Part shown: one piece after another, positions 51,614 through 62,013 of the stretch
Position numbering within the stretch: position 1 is the first letter of the stretch
Layout: each line of letters opens with the position of its first letter
Assembly: GCA_900546325.1 (NCBI GenBank)
Contig: URCR01000001.1
Span: forward strand, 120,190 to 184,189
From: an uncultured Lachnospiraceae bacterium
GTDB taxonomy: Bacteria > Bacillota > Clostridia > Lachnospirales > Lachnospiraceae
Length of the DNA: 64,000 bases
Reading direction: 5' to 3'
Position numbers and translations under genes: made by a program
The notes under the pieces: generated by a model
Database searches by the model: none
Told to the model about the DNA's origin: nothing
Seen by the model: only the letters and a program-made list of their open reading frames with translations

Positions 51614-52174
51614 TTGGTGGAAGATAGTAAAATTATTGATTTGCTCTTTGCACGCAAGGAACAGGCACTGATACAATTATCGGAAAAATATGGAGCGGCG
51701 TGTGAGCGTATTGCAAGAAATATTTTAAAGAATCATCGTGATGCAGAGGAATGCGTAAATGATACATACCTTGCTATATGGAATACAATACCTCCCCAAA
51801 GTCCAAATCCGTTACGGGCGTATATTTTCCGTATTACCCGAAATATATCTGTTGCAAAATACCATAAGAACACTTGTGTTAAGCGAAATAGTTACTATGA
51901 TGTGGCATTGCAGGAATTGGAGAATTGTCTTACGGCCTCAATGACTGTTGAACAGGAAATAGAAGTAACTGAATTATCTAACTTGATTGACAATTTTCTT
52001 GAAACATTGGATAAAGAAAGTAGAATAATGTTTGTTCGTCGTTATTGGTATTCTGATAGTATTTCAGATATTGCAGAACGGTTTCAAATAAGTAATAACA
52101 ATGTATCCGTTCGACTTTCACGAATTAGAGAAAAATTAAAACGATATTTAAAGAGAGAGGATGTTGAAATATGA
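51614..52174 (+). CDS. ECF-type RNA polymerase sigma-70 factor
   Basis: Region 2 (…YLAIWNTIP…LRAYIFRITRNISV…) and region 4 (…ISDIAERFQISNNNVSVRLSRIREKLK…). TTG start with a GAGAGGAGG SD. Its 3' end overlaps the next gene (ATGA). Confidence 0.8.
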   Translation: MVEDSKIIDLLFARKEQALIQLSEKYGAACERIARNILKNHRDAEECVNDTYLAIWNTIPPQSPNPLRAYIFRITRNISVAKYHKNTCVKRNSYYDVALQELENCLTASMTVEQEIEVTELSNLIDNFLETLDKESRIMFVRRYWYSDSISDIAERFQISNNNVSVRLSRIREKLKRYLKREDVEI

Positions 52175-53205
52175 AAAAGAAGAATATATCAGAGGCGATT
52201 AGCAATATCAATAGTCAATATATTGAAGAAGCAATGGATTTTCAGGTGAAAAAACAAAGACTTAAAAAACATTCTATTATACAAAAAATTATTGCCGCGG
52301 CAGCTTCATTTATATTAGTATTTAGCTTATCTATTTCGACATTGGTAGCGGCAGATTTTATGCCTGCTTATGAATTTCTCTATAGACTATCTCCGTCAGT
52401 GGCTCAAAAGTTAAAGCCTGTTAGAATGATAAGTGAGGATAATGGTATTAGAATGGAGGTTGTTTCTGCTTCTGTAGAGGGCAATGAGGCAAAAATACTT
52501 ATTTCTGTACAAGACTTAGCGGGGGATAGAATTGATGAAACAACAGATTTATTTGATAGTTTTAGTATCAATACACCGTTTGAATGCAATAGTTCATGCG
52601 AAAATATAAAGTATGATTCAGAAACGAAAACAGCGACTTTCCTAATTTCTATATCGCAATGGAATAAGCATGATATTGCAGGCGAAAAAATTACTTTCCG
52701 TGCTCGAGAAATATTGAGTAAAAAAGAAACATATGATGCTGCAATGCCGACATTAAACTTGGATGAGATTGGCCGTTCTGCTGACACTTTTGTTCCGTAT
52801 AGTGTTTCGGGAGGGGGCGGTTCAGATTATGAAAAGTATATAGAAGATTTTCAAGCTCTTGTATCTCACGGAGATATAACTTCGCCTGTTGCTGGTGTTA
52901 CGCTTACTGCGATAGGATATGTGGAAGAAAAACTTCATATCCAAATCAGATATGATTCTATACTTGAAACGGATAATCATGGATATGTTTATTTGAAAAA
53001 TAGTAATGGAGATATTCTTGGCTGTGATGCAGGTATTTCTTTCTCTGTAGATGAAGAACAAAAAGATATGTACAGTGAATATATTTTTGATTTATCAGAC
53101 AAGGATATTTCAGATTATGTTCTCTATGGAAATTTTACAACAAGTAATGTGCACATCAAAGGGGATTGGAGTGTTACATTTCCGTTAGAGAGCGTAACTT
53201 TATAA
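52171..53205 (+). CDS. DUF4179-type anti-sigma factor (single-pass membrane protein)
   Basis: Short cytoplasmic N-terminus, one TM (IIAAAASFILVFSLSISTLVAA), and a large extracytoplasmic domain. Translationally coupled to the ECF sigma gene, the usual Firmicutes sigma / DUF4179 pairing. Confidence 0.7.
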   Translation: MKKKNISEAISNINSQYIEEAMDFQVKKQRLKKHSIIQKIIAAAASFILVFSLSISTLVAADFMPAYEFLYRLSPSVAQKLKPVRMISEDNGIRMEVVSASVEGNEAKILISVQDLAGDRIDETTDLFDSFSINTPFECNSSCENIKYDSETKTATFLISISQWNKHDIAGEKITFRAREILSKKETYDAAMPTLNLDEIGRSADTFVPYSVSGGGGSDYEKYIEDFQALVSHGDITSPVAGVTLTAIGYVEEKLHIQIRYDSILETDNHGYVYLKNSNGDILGCDAGISFSVDEEQKDMYSEYIFDLSDKDISDYVLYGNFTTSNVHIKGDWSVTFPLESVTL

Positions 53206-53370
53206 GGCATAAAATTATTTCAGCCGGCAATTTCGGATTGATATTTTATGAAAAGGAATATGAGCAGAATAGCAAGCATGGAACAGATTTTACATCGCTT
53301 CTGGTTGAGAAAAGGTATTTTCGAGAGATGCTCTAGCAGCGAAAACCCGCTAACCACAAGGGCTAACGGG

Positions 53371-53398
53371 TTTCGTTGTTTTATAGTTATCTAAAGGA
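53371..53398 (+). repeat. 28-bp direct repeat, right copy (TTTCGTTGTTTTATAGTTATCTAAAGGA)
   Basis: Matches 51076..51103 at 27/28 positions. Confidence 0.55.
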
Positions 53399-53601
53399 AT
53401 GAGAGTAAAGTATGCGTCTTCTCTTCAACGCTCTACTTTAAGAGGGGGGAGATAGTGATTACTTAATCAACTATCTGACTCTTAGTATAAAAGGAAAATG
53501 TGTCTAAAGTATGATTGTTTTCTAAAAGAAAGCGAAAATTTCTTAAAAAAAAATTAATATGAGCCTGCGGTTTTCGCGTGTGAAGGGAGGATGTTTTTGT
53601 G

Positions 53602-54588
53602 CTATCTGACCCGGATCTTCGTGCCTGCATAAATCCGATCGGGATTTGTGATATCGTTCCAGGCGCAAAGCTGACTGACTGTCGTTCCATATCTTTGAGC
53701 AATCCCCGACAGTGTATCTCCTTCCCGGATCGTATAGTGCTGCGCCGATGCACTTGTTCCATATATACCTCTAATGTCTCCGTCATTTACCCAGCACAGA
53801 CCATTATCAAGCAGATACGGATTTTTACTTCCTGCCTGAATGGACGTGATCACTCCGTGATTCCGTGCCATATCCGCCGCTTGAATTACCCTGCTGTTTG
53901 GATCTGAGGCACTTGCATAGCAGGTGCTAAATACAACATGCTCTCCCACCTGATGTTTTGTTCCGGAAGGTGTCGGATTCGTTGGCGGCAAAGTTGGTCT
54001 GCTTCCGGATGTTTCTCCGATTTCAGCCGGGAAGTTCCGATAACATTCATTCATGTCTACCGCCCCATGGATTCCTGCAATGCTGCCGGATGGTGTGTAC
54101 TGCCACATATCCTTATTCGCTCCTGTATAGTCACACCGGAAATTGTACTGCGCAACCCATTTTGTGAACCTTTCCAGCCCAGACAGATAGTGATTCCACC
54201 AGTTCAAGTTTGCATACACACCGCACCAGTATCCGGCTTTCTCAATCACATCACCGAAAATCTGCGCCGCTTGTTTTGCATACCCTTCCATCCCTACACC
54301 TTCTACATCATAATACACCGGAAATGTTAAGTGATAGCCTTTGATGCACCGCAGCACATGCGCCGCCTCGCTCCTTGCCATCGCTTCATTGGTTGCGTAA
54401 GCATAAATATAAACTCCGAATGGAATTCCTAAACGTGTGCACTCATCTGCATTTCTCTTCCATTGTTTATCATCCTGGCTCACGATGTCATCTCCATACC
54501 CTGCTCGGAGAATTGCCCCGTCAATCTGTCCTCTTACCTGCTCCCAATTGATTGTTCCCTGATGTTCTGATACGTCGATTACTTTCAT
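53602..54588 (-). CDS. Cell-wall hydrolase: GH25 muramidase (lysozyme) with C-terminal SH3-like and LysM domains
   Basis: GH25 N-terminus [18 protein letters not shown]…[13 protein letters not shown] Pro/Thr linker, then a C-terminal LysM ([29 protein letters not shown]…). AAAGGAGA SD before the ATG at 54588. Confidence 0.8.
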   Translation of the reverse strand: MKVIDVSEHQGTINWEQVRGQIDGAILRAGYGDDIVSQDDKQWKRNADECTRLGIPFGVYIYAYATNEAMARSEAAHVLRCIKGYHLTFPVYYDVEGVGMEGYAKQAAQIFGDVIEKAGYWCGVYANLNWWNHYLSGLERFTKWVAQYNFRCDYTGANKDMWQYTPSGSIAGIHGAVDMNECYRNFPAEIGETSGSRPTLPPTNPTPSGTKHQVGEHVVFSTCYASASDPNSRVIQAADMARNHGVITSIQAGSKNPYLLDNGLCWVNDGDIRGIYGTSASAQHYTIREGDTLSGIAQRYGTTVSQLCAWNDITNPDRIYAGTKIRVR

Positions 54589-54683
54589 AAATGTATTCTC
54601 CTTTTGGCGAAGCAAAAGAGAGTCCAAAGACTCCCTTTCTTTTTTACTATTTTATTCATTTCTGCAGAGTTGTTTCATTGTCT

Positions 54684-54823
54684 TATTGATGCTTCCCTAA
54701 AATAGCCTCTTTTCGTACATTGTGTCTCTGATTCTGATTTTCCGGTTTTTTCTTCTGTGTAATGCTGTTGAACATTTCCTTATTTTTCTTCTGATTTACT
54801 GCTTCCTGCTGTTTCTTATCCAT
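54684..54823 (-). CDS. hypothetical small basic K/Q-rich protein (~46 aa)
   Basis: ORF MDKKQQEAVNQKKNKEMFNSITQKKKPENQNQRHNVRKEAILGKHQ with a GAGGTGA SD 5 nt upstream. It is below the ORF-track size cut-off and the coordinates are approximate. Confidence 0.3.
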
Positions 54824-54879
54824 ACACTCACCTCAAAGGATAGTATCTGAAGATCCGGCAGTTTTATGCAGACATTTTT

Positions 54880-55383
54880 TTAATAACTCCGAAGCTGATC
54901 ACTTCCGTCATCGACTGTATTTTCTATTTCTTTGATCACCACATAATACCCATCGTCACCGGTCACCCTGATAAAGACTCTGTCTCCTGCTTTTTTCCCG
55001 AGAATCGCTTTTCCGATCGGAGATTCTGTGCTGATCAATCCTTTCAGAGAATTCCCCCGCACAGTCGTCACCAGCTTGAATACTTCCACCTCGTCATCCT
55101 CTTCAAAATAAAGGTGTACGGTGTTATTTAATCCCACTTCATCTTCTTTTGATTCGTCGGATACAATCTTCGCAGTCTTGATCATCCGCTCCAGATAGCG
55201 GATCCTGCTCTCATTTTTGTTTTTCTCTTTTTTCGCAGCATGATATTCAAAATTTTCACTCAAGTCACCATGTGCCCTCGCCTCTTTGACATCTTCAAGA
55301 AGTTCCTTGCGAAGCACGATCTTCCGGTACTCAATCTCTTCTCTCATTTTTTGAATATCCTTTTTCGTCAGCTCATTATACAT
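54880..55383 (-). CDS. greA: Transcription elongation factor GreA
   Basis: N-terminal coiled-coil with …AHGDLSENFEYHAAK… and a C-terminal FKBP-like domain. 167 aa. Confidence 0.9.
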   Translation of the reverse strand: MYNELTKKDIQKMREEIEYRKIVLRKELLEDVKEARAHGDLSENFEYHAAKKEKNKNESRIRYLERMIKTAKIVSDESKEDEVGLNNTVHLYFEEDDEVEVFKLVTTVRGNSLKGLISTESPIGKAILGKKAGDRVFIRVTGDDGYYVVIKEIENTVDDGSDQLRSY

Positions 55384-55999
55384 TGGTGATCACCGCCTTT
55401 GCGAAGTAAACCGGCAGGTGAAAGTTCGGCTTTTCACTTTGGATTGCACTGTAACACCCGAAATGCTGGATGGACTCATCCTCCGAAATCTTATAAAAGT
55501 TACAGTAAAATTCCTTCCCTTCCTTTACCTCCTCAAATGGACAGACTTCTTTCAGAAGCGCTTCCGGAATGAGTACAGATACGCTCCATCGATCTGCTTC
55601 TATTTTCGCTTTGCAATCCGCCTCCTGATAATATTGATCTGAAATCAGCGTCCGGTTCTCTTTCGCATATCCTTTTTCTGCATACAATGCTCCATTTGCA
55701 TTCATCTCAAAATTAATGTAAATGCAAGGCTTCTCCTGATCCATCTCTCCCTCCGGAAATGCAAAAAATGCTTCCAGCGCACTGTCTTTGTAGACCAGTT
55801 CTTTATCCTTGCTGCAGACCCGCTTGGGATTCTGCTCCTCGCAAGTCATTTCCAGATAAATTCCCTGCCCTTCTATATATCCGGCTCTGCCATATGCTTT
55901 CGGCGTTTGTAAACTGTTCCACAAATATTGGTCGATCGCAAACCGTTCACATTGATCGATCTGCGCACGGTCCGCTATGCGGTATATTTTATATTCCAT
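55376..55999 (-). CDS. hypothetical protein (possible carbohydrate-binding/DOMON-like fold)
   Basis: ~207 aa with no confident family. GGAGG SD 5 nt before the ATG at 55999. Its 3' end overlaps the greA start by 8 nt. Confidence 0.45.
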   Translation of the reverse strand: MEYKIYRIADRAQIDQCERFAIDQYLWNSLQTPKAYGRAGYIEGQGIYLEMTCEEQNPKRVCSKDKELVYKDSALEAFFAFPEGEMDQEKPCIYINFEMNANGALYAEKGYAKENRTLISDQYYQEADCKAKIEADRWSVSVLIPEALLKEVCPFEEVKEGKEFYCNFYKISEDESIQHFGCYSAIQSEKPNFHLPVYFAKAVITNV

Positions 56000-56186
56000 T
56001 TTTTCCTCCATCCTTCTGACAATCTGCTCTCTTAAGATTCCACTTTATTATACTGCTTTTTTTATACAAAGAAAAGATTCACATCTTTTGTGAATCTTTT
56101 CTCCCATTTTCGCTCTTTCCTCAAAGGAAAGGGGCTATTCCACTTATTTTATCTGATTGCAGATCGTTTCTGCCGGTTTTTTCTTC

Positions 56187-57953
56187 TTACAGTCTCGCAT
56201 CGAACAATCCACAGAAACTGTCGATCGGATCTGTTCCTTTGAATGCTTCTTCCCCATTCATAAGGTTCTCAACCAACGCGTCAAATGTTGTGTCTTTAGA
56301 GTCGTAAGTGTTGATATAGGTCCGCGCCTGCGGAATGTCTGCAAGCATTGTCGGCTGTCCGCATCCGACAACAACAACCGGAACTTCAAATACATACCAC
56401 GGAATCTCTCCGCCTCCCTTTGACATTCCAAAGCTTGGTCTTCCGTTCGGTACATCACAGAGTGTGATCACAAGATCCATATCGGATACGAAATCAGCGA
56501 TCGCATTCTTTCCTGCAAAGTAAATGTTTAAGTCTGGTTTCTCCCCTGCTTCCATCTGCTTCTTCATCACATCGAGCGGACTTTCATAGATAAATGCGTC
56601 AAATCCTTTTGCACATAATTTTTCTTTTAATGCTTCTGCCGGATTTCCTTTTCCGCCTCCGAGCATCTTCATCAGAGCTGACATGCTGTTCTCCGCGCCT
56701 TTGATGTGCACGATCATAATTCTCTTATAACGCTCCGGTGTCACCGGGAGAACTTCTTTGTCTTTGTATTTTACAAGTGTGATACAGTCTTCACTGATCG
56801 ACTTCTGCATTGCTTTGTATTCTTCTCTCTGAAGCACTTCCTCTGCTGTCTCCGGCTGAGGTACCAGCTCCTCTTTGCTCTTCTTGTTGAGTCCGAGGTG
56901 TGCTTTGAGTCCTAAAATACGTGTCAGGGCCTCTGTCATTCTCTCTTCGCTGATGATTCCTGTCTGATATGCATTGAGCATTGTCGCAAAATCTTCTTCC
57001 GGATCATTGAAGAATAAGAACATATCGCATCCTGCATTAATGCTTGCCGGAAGCATCTCAGAACGCTTCATGCGGTCTGTCATCGCTACCATGTGGGAAG
57101 CATCTGTCACAACCATACCGTTGAATCCAAGTCTGTCTCTCAGAAGACCTGTCATAATCTCAGGGCTTAATGTCGCCGGCATCATATCTTCGTCTTTTAA
57201 CTCAGGGTTAATTGCCTTCGCATAGGACGGAAGCATGATGTGACCTCCCATGATCGCATCCAGATCATTCTCGATCAATGTACGGTAAACGTGACCGTAA
57301 GTCTCGTCCCATTTTTCCACATCAAAATAGTTGACATTGTTTGCAATGTGTGCGTCTCTGAAGTCCTGTCCATTTCCCGGGAAATGTTTCGCTGCACATG
57401 CAAATCCAGGAATGGTATGTGCTCCATTTAAGTATGCCTTGCTCATATTGGCAACCCGCTCCGGGTCTCCGCCGAATGCACGTGTCACGATCTCTGTGTT
57501 TTCCCAGTTATAAAGAATATCTGCTACCGGTGCAAATGCCATGTTGCATCCGATCGCCGCTGCCTGTTCATTTGCCATCTTTCCTAATGCAAACGCATAA
57601 TCTTCCTTGTCTGTCGCTGCAATCTTAACCCCTGCCCCGATATGTGTTCCATCTGCGCATGCGCCGTCTCCTCCGGCTTCTGTGTTACATGCGATGAATA
57701 CCGGAACTTTCGCGTATTTCTGGAGAATTCTGTTCTGCTCCTGAATTGCCTTTCCTGGTGCCGGATTGTAACGGCATCCACCAAGGTGGTATTTTTCCAT
57801 AAGTTCTTTTAAATACTCTTCATCGTGTGAAGCTGTCAGCTGAAAGAATAACTGTCCTACTTTCTCTTCCGGGCTCATATTTGCAATTGTATCTTGTACC
57901 CATTTACAGTCTTCCTCTGACAGATAATACGGTCTTGCTTTTAAATCTACCAT
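56187..57953 (-). CDS. Glycoside hydrolase family 3 (beta-N-acetylhexosaminidase/beta-glucosidase-like)
   Basis: GH3 N-terminal domain motifs (…KHFPGNGQD…, …MVVTDASHM…) and a C-terminal alpha/beta sandwich. 588 aa. Confidence 0.8.
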   Translation of the reverse strand: MVDLKARPYYLSEEDCKWVQDTIANMSPEEKVGQLFFQLTASHDEEYLKELMEKYHLGGCRYNPAPGKAIQEQNRILQKYAKVPVFIACNTEAGGDGACADGTHIGAGVKIAATDKEDYAFALGKMANEQAAAIGCNMAFAPVADILYNWENTEIVTRAFGGDPERVANMSKAYLNGAHTIPGFACAAKHFPGNGQDFRDAHIANNVNYFDVEKWDETYGHVYRTLIENDLDAIMGGHIMLPSYAKAINPELKDEDMMPATLSPEIMTGLLRDRLGFNGMVVTDASHMVAMTDRMKRSEMLPASINAGCDMFLFFNDPEEDFATMLNAYQTGIISEERMTEALTRILGLKAHLGLNKKSKEELVPQPETAEEVLQREEYKAMQKSISEDCITLVKYKDKEVLPVTPERYKRIMIVHIKGAENSMSALMKMLGGGKGNPAEALKEKLCAKGFDAFIYESPLDVMKKQMEAGEKPDLNIYFAGKNAIADFVSDMDLVITLCDVPNGRPSFGMSKGGGEIPWYVFEVPVVVVGCGQPTMLADIPQARTYINTYDSKDTTFDALVENLMNGEEAFKGTDPIDSFCGLFDARL

Positions 57954-58083
57954 ATAAATAAAATTCTCCTCTCTGTGTAAAAACTTTTACGTGATCAATT
58001 ATATCATTATTTTGTACAAAAACGCCATATGTTACTTGTATATTTTACACAAATTTCATTTTTCAGTTCAGAACGCGTCTATG

Positions 58084-58854
58084 TTATACCGCCCCGTCCA
58101 GCACCGGAGCCAGAAGAACTTTTCCGGTTCCACGGTACACATTGACAAGCCCCTCACCGGAAGCTGCCGAACCTGCCAGTGTCTTTCCAGACCGTTCTAC
58201 GGTAAAGTTTAAGCTGCCGCTCCATGCAATTGCCATATTTCCATCTACTTTCAGTACATCATCCTGAAGGGTGATCTCCACAAGTTCCTCCTTCGGACAA
58301 GGTGCCTCCAGACAAAGCACTCCTTCCCCTACCACTCCAAGGTTGAACAGCCCTTCATTTCCTGCAACAGCAGAAGAAAGATTGGAGCGCATCACTGCTT
58401 TGTGTTTCAGCCTTGCATCACATGCCAGGAACAATCCGTCATCCAGCACGATCGAGCCGTTCCAGTCTCCTACATCTATCAGAAGAATGTGCTTGTAAGT
58501 CGGTTCCAATACGAGGATTCCGCTTCCGGTATATTCCGGCTTGATCGCAGATTCCCCGGTCATCTTTCCTCTGACTGCTTTTCCGAGGAAATCTCCCACA
58601 CCTTTTACTCCGGTTGTCGCATTGACATTGCCCACGGTCCACTGCATTGCTCCTGCCTGAAGTGTAATATTGGCCTGGTTGACGTCACAGATGACCTGCC
58701 GCTTTCTCACATTCATCTCGTTACAGAAATATGCCAGCGCAGCATTGTTCGGCATCACACTTAAATCCCGCTGGTATTCTATGACCGTAAACGGTCCGAG
58801 AGAATTTAACACTTTAATATCATCATTGTTCGTAAAATTAGAGATTCTATACAT
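58084..58854 (-). CDS. AIM24-family protein (DUF124/TIGR00266)
   Basis: 256 aa with the typical AIM24 beta-rich pattern (…VICDVNQANITLQAGAMQWTVGNV… and …EGVLCLEAP…). Confidence 0.65.
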   Translation of the reverse strand: MYRISNFTNNDDIKVLNSLGPFTVIEYQRDLSVMPNNAALAYFCNEMNVRKRQVICDVNQANITLQAGAMQWTVGNVNATTGVKGVGDFLGKAVRGKMTGESAIKPEYTGSGILVLEPTYKHILLIDVGDWNGSIVLDDGLFLACDARLKHKAVMRSNLSSAVAGNEGLFNLGVVGEGVLCLEAPCPKEELVEITLQDDVLKVDGNMAIAWSGSLNFTVERSGKTLAGSAASGEGLVNVYRGTGKVLLAPVLDGAV

Positions 58855-58984
58855 CGCTTTCTTCCTCCTTATCGTGCTTCGCTGTAATCTGTGATACTGA
58901 TAGCTTCATTATACGTTGTGTACATCAAAAACACAATATCGTTCCGATTCCATCCGCCGATTTTTCTGCTGTTTCGGATTTTTA

Positions 58985-60292
58985 CTACAGAATGTCGATA
59001 TACTCTCCGTTTAGCGCCTTATTCATGCTCCTGACTGCACAGAACTTTCCGCACATCGAACAGCTCTCCTCAATCTCCGGCTTGCGGTCCTCCCGAATCT
59101 GTTTTGCCGTCTCCGGATCGATGGAACAATTCCACTGTTCCTCCCAGTCAAAAGTTCTTCTGGCATCTGCCATCTTATCATCCATCTCTCTTGCATGCGG
59201 AATATGTTTTGCAATATCTGCAGCGTGTGCTGCGATTTTAGAAGCGATGATTCCCTGTCTGACATCTTCCACATTCGGAAGTGCCAGATGTTCTGCCGGT
59301 GTCACATAGCAAAGAAATGCTGCCCCTGCCGAAGCTGCAACCGCACCTCCGATCGCCGCTGTAATATGGTCATATCCCGGTGCAATGTCTGTCACGATCG
59401 GTCCCAGCACATAAAACGGCGCACCCATGCAGATGGTCTGCTGCAGTTTCATATTTGCCTCAATCTGATCAAGCGGCATATGTCCCGGTCCTTCTACCAT
59501 CACCTGCACATCTTTCTCCCATGCGCGTCTGGTCAGTTCTCCGAGACGCACCAGCTCTTCAATCTGACACACATCACTTGCATCCGCCAGACAGCCGGGA
59601 CGACATGCATCCCCGAGAGAAATTGTCACATCATATTCCCGGCAGATTTCGAGAATTTCATCAAAATATTCATAGAAAGGATTTTCATTTCCGGTCATGC
59701 TCATCCACGCAAACACAAGCGATCCGCCTCTTGATACGATATTCATCTTCCGTTTATGCTTCTTGATCTGTTCGATCGTCTTTCGTGTGATCCCGCAGTG
59801 AAGCGTTACAAAATCCACTCCGTCTTCTGCGTGAAGCCTGACAACATCGATAAAATCTTTTGCCGTCAGTGTGGCGAGATCTCTCTGATAATGGATCACG
59901 CTGTCATAGACCGGAACCGTTCCGATCATGGCAGGGCATTCCTGTGTCAGCTTTCTGCGAAATGGCTGCGTATTTCCGTGGGAGGAAAGATCCATGATCG
60001 CCTCCGCCCCCATATTTACCGCCGCCATGACTTTCTCCATCTCAATCTCATAATCTTTGCAATCCTTTGACACGCCCAGGTTTACATTGATCTTCGTGCG
60101 GAGCATGGAGCCTACTCCATTTGGCACCAGGCATTTATGCCTTTTATTGGCACAGATGGCCACCTGGCCTTTCGCCACCAGATCGCGGATTTCCTCCTCT
60201 GTGCGGTATTCCTTTCGCGCAACCGCCCGCATCTCCTCTGTGATAATTCCCTTTCTTGCTGCTTCCATTTGTGTGTGGTATTTCTCTGACAT
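58985..60292 (-). CDS. thiC: Phosphomethylpyrimidine synthase ThiC
   Basis: [18 protein letters not shown]-terminus and the C-terminal CxxCxxxxC radical-SAM-like cluster motif ([10 protein letters not shown]). AGAGGTG SD before the ATG at 60292, which sits immediately downstream of a TPP riboswitch. Confidence 0.9.
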   Translation of the reverse strand: MSEKYHTQMEAARKGIITEEMRAVARKEYRTEEEIRDLVAKGQVAICANKRHKCLVPNGVGSMLRTKINVNLGVSKDCKDYEIEMEKVMAAVNMGAEAIMDLSSHGNTQPFRRKLTQECPAMIGTVPVYDSVIHYQRDLATLTAKDFIDVVRLHAEDGVDFVTLHCGITRKTIEQIKKHKRKMNIVSRGGSLVFAWMSMTGNENPFYEYFDEILEICREYDVTISLGDACRPGCLADASDVCQIEELVRLGELTRRAWEKDVQVMVEGPGHMPLDQIEANMKLQQTICMGAPFYVLGPIVTDIAPGYDHITAAIGGAVAASAGAAFLCYVTPAEHLALPNVEDVRQGIIASKIAAHAADIAKHIPHAREMDDKMADARRTFDWEEQWNCSIDPETAKQIREDRKPEIEESCSMCGKFCAVRSMNKALNGEYIDIL

Positions 60293-60404
60293 ACGATGCA
60301 CCTCTTCTTTCTTGTGACTGCTTCCGAACATTTGTCTTCCGCTTTGCGCCGGAAATTTTTCTATGACAGAACTCTCAAGCATCGCCGTTAGCGGCTAATC
60401 TCTT

Positions 60405-60440
60405 ATCATTAAAAAACGGAGTACCCCATTGGTACTCCGT
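60405..60440 (-). terminator. Riboswitch expression-platform terminator (transcription attenuation)
   Basis: Perfect 10-bp stem ACGGAGTACC/GGTACTCCGT with a 5-nt loop. On the minus strand it is followed by TTTTTT, and it lies between the TPP aptamer and thiC. Confidence 0.7.
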
Positions 60441-60548
60441 CAAACTTCGTAATGAAATCCATTCTTCCCTACGTTGGCATTATCCAAATCAGGTATCAGG
60501 GTCGAAGTTCACACCTTCCTCTCAGCCTGTCTACAAGCTCCCCGGCTA
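60441..60548 (-). ncRNA. TPP (thiamine pyrophosphate) riboswitch aptamer
   Basis: Minus-strand read GGGGAGC…GCTGAGAGG…ACCCTGATACCTGATTTGGATAATGCCAACGTAGGGAAG matches the THI-box consensus (CUGAGA; ACCUGAUCUGGAUAAUGCCAGCGUAGGGAA). It sits directly upstream of thiC. Confidence 0.8.
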
Positions 60549-60624
60549 TTTACTTTTTTCACGAAAATAGTAACACAGCAGACATACAAAGTCAAATCAT
60601 TCCGGATTTGTTTTTCGAAAATAG

Positions 60625-61791
60625 TTACATACTTTGCTTCAAGATCGCAACAATTTCTTCGTGCGAGAGCACCTTATACCCTCCGTCCATGACAAATGTG
60701 CCTTCTGCGATTCCCTCGATCATCTCTTCCGTCACTCCAAGCTCCCTCAGATTCATAACAAGACCGATCTCATGCATCCAGCTTTCCATTCTCGCCAGAC
60801 CTTCCTCTGCAATCTGCTCCTCACGCTTTCCTTCCGGCCGGACATCCCACACATTTTCTGCAAAACGCACAAACTTCTTCAATCCGTACGGGCAGATATA
60901 ACGGTAATATGCCATAGAAACCGCCGCCAGCGTCATACCATGAGTCGCATCCGTATAAGCCCCCACAGACTGTCCCATCATGTGAACCATCCAGTCGGTT
61001 GTCTTTCCCTGTGCAACCAAGGTATTCAGCGCCCATGTCGCGGTCCACATAATATTGCTGCGAGCCTCATAATCCGTCGGATGTTCGATCGCGATTCTTG
61101 AAGAGTGGATCAGCGATTTCATCAGTCCTTCCATAATGTAATCGGACGTATTGTCATCTTCTCCTGAAAAATACTGCTCGGTAATGTGATTGAAAATGTC
61201 ATAGAAACCTGCTACCATCTGATATTTTGGCAGTGTATAGGTAAATACCGGATTCAAAATAGAAAATTTCGGAAACACCTGCTCACCAAATACGTGTCCG
61301 ATCTTCCGTTTGCTCTCCGGGTTAGTAATGACTGAACCGCCATTCATCTCTGATCCGGTTCCTACCATCGTCAGCACACATCCAACCGGAATGATCGGAT
61401 TATCTACCTCTTCCATTCTTGCATAGTATTTTTCCCAAGGATCTTCCTCGCAATATGCAGAGACGGAGACGGCCTTCGCATAATCGCACACCGAACCTCC
61501 TCCCACGGCAAGAATCAGATCCACTTGATTCTCCCGCGCAATCTTACATCCCTCATACAATTTCTCTACGGTCGGATTCGGCATCACACCCGGATCTTCA
61601 AAAACTGTTTTCCCGGCCTCTTTTAACAACTTCATGACCTGATCGTAGATTCCATTTTTCTTAATCGAATCCTTCCCATAACTTAACTGCACCTTCGGTC
61701 CGTATTTTTTTAATTCTTCCTGTAAAGATACCAGGGAATCTTCCCCAAAATAAAGCTTTGTCGGATTGCAATACTGAAAATTTCCTAACAT
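60625..61791 (-). CDS. Iron-containing alcohol dehydrogenase (butanol/1,3-propanediol dehydrogenase-like)
   Basis: GGGS…D motif (LILAVGGGSVCDYAK), metal-binding His residues, 388 aa. AAAGGAGA SD before the ATG at 61791. Confidence 0.85.
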   Translation of the reverse strand: MLGNFQYCNPTKLYFGEDSLVSLQEELKKYGPKVQLSYGKDSIKKNGIYDQVMKLLKEAGKTVFEDPGVMPNPTVEKLYEGCKIARENQVDLILAVGGGSVCDYAKAVSVSAYCEEDPWEKYYARMEEVDNPIIPVGCVLTMVGTGSEMNGGSVITNPESKRKIGHVFGEQVFPKFSILNPVFTYTLPKYQMVAGFYDIFNHITEQYFSGEDDNTSDYIMEGLMKSLIHSSRIAIEHPTDYEARSNIMWTATWALNTLVAQGKTTDWMVHMMGQSVGAYTDATHGMTLAAVSMAYYRYICPYGLKKFVRFAENVWDVRPEGKREEQIAEEGLARMESWMHEIGLVMNLRELGVTEEMIEGIAEGTFVMDGGYKVLSHEEIVAILKQSM

Positions 61792-62013
61792 AGTTTCTCC
61801 TTTCTTTCCACACAATACATTTTTTTCGGCACGCTTCCAGTCACTCTGACTGATTGTATCAGATTGACTTTCTTCGCATTTATGATAGCTTCATCATAGC
61901 ACCTAAACCTGGCTTTAGGTCAATACCTATTTCATAAATTTGCCATAAACTTTATGCGAAAACAAAAGAAATCTATACCATAATGCGCACAGGCTCACAA
62001 AGCGGAAAAAAAG

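Noticed and set aside
53463-53907. ORFs 53463..53786 (-) and 53599..53907 (+) near the 3' end of the lysin gene
   Set aside because: One overlaps the LysM-coding region in another frame. The other sits in the terminator/repeat-containing intergenic space with no SD and an unusual Arg/Ser-rich composition.
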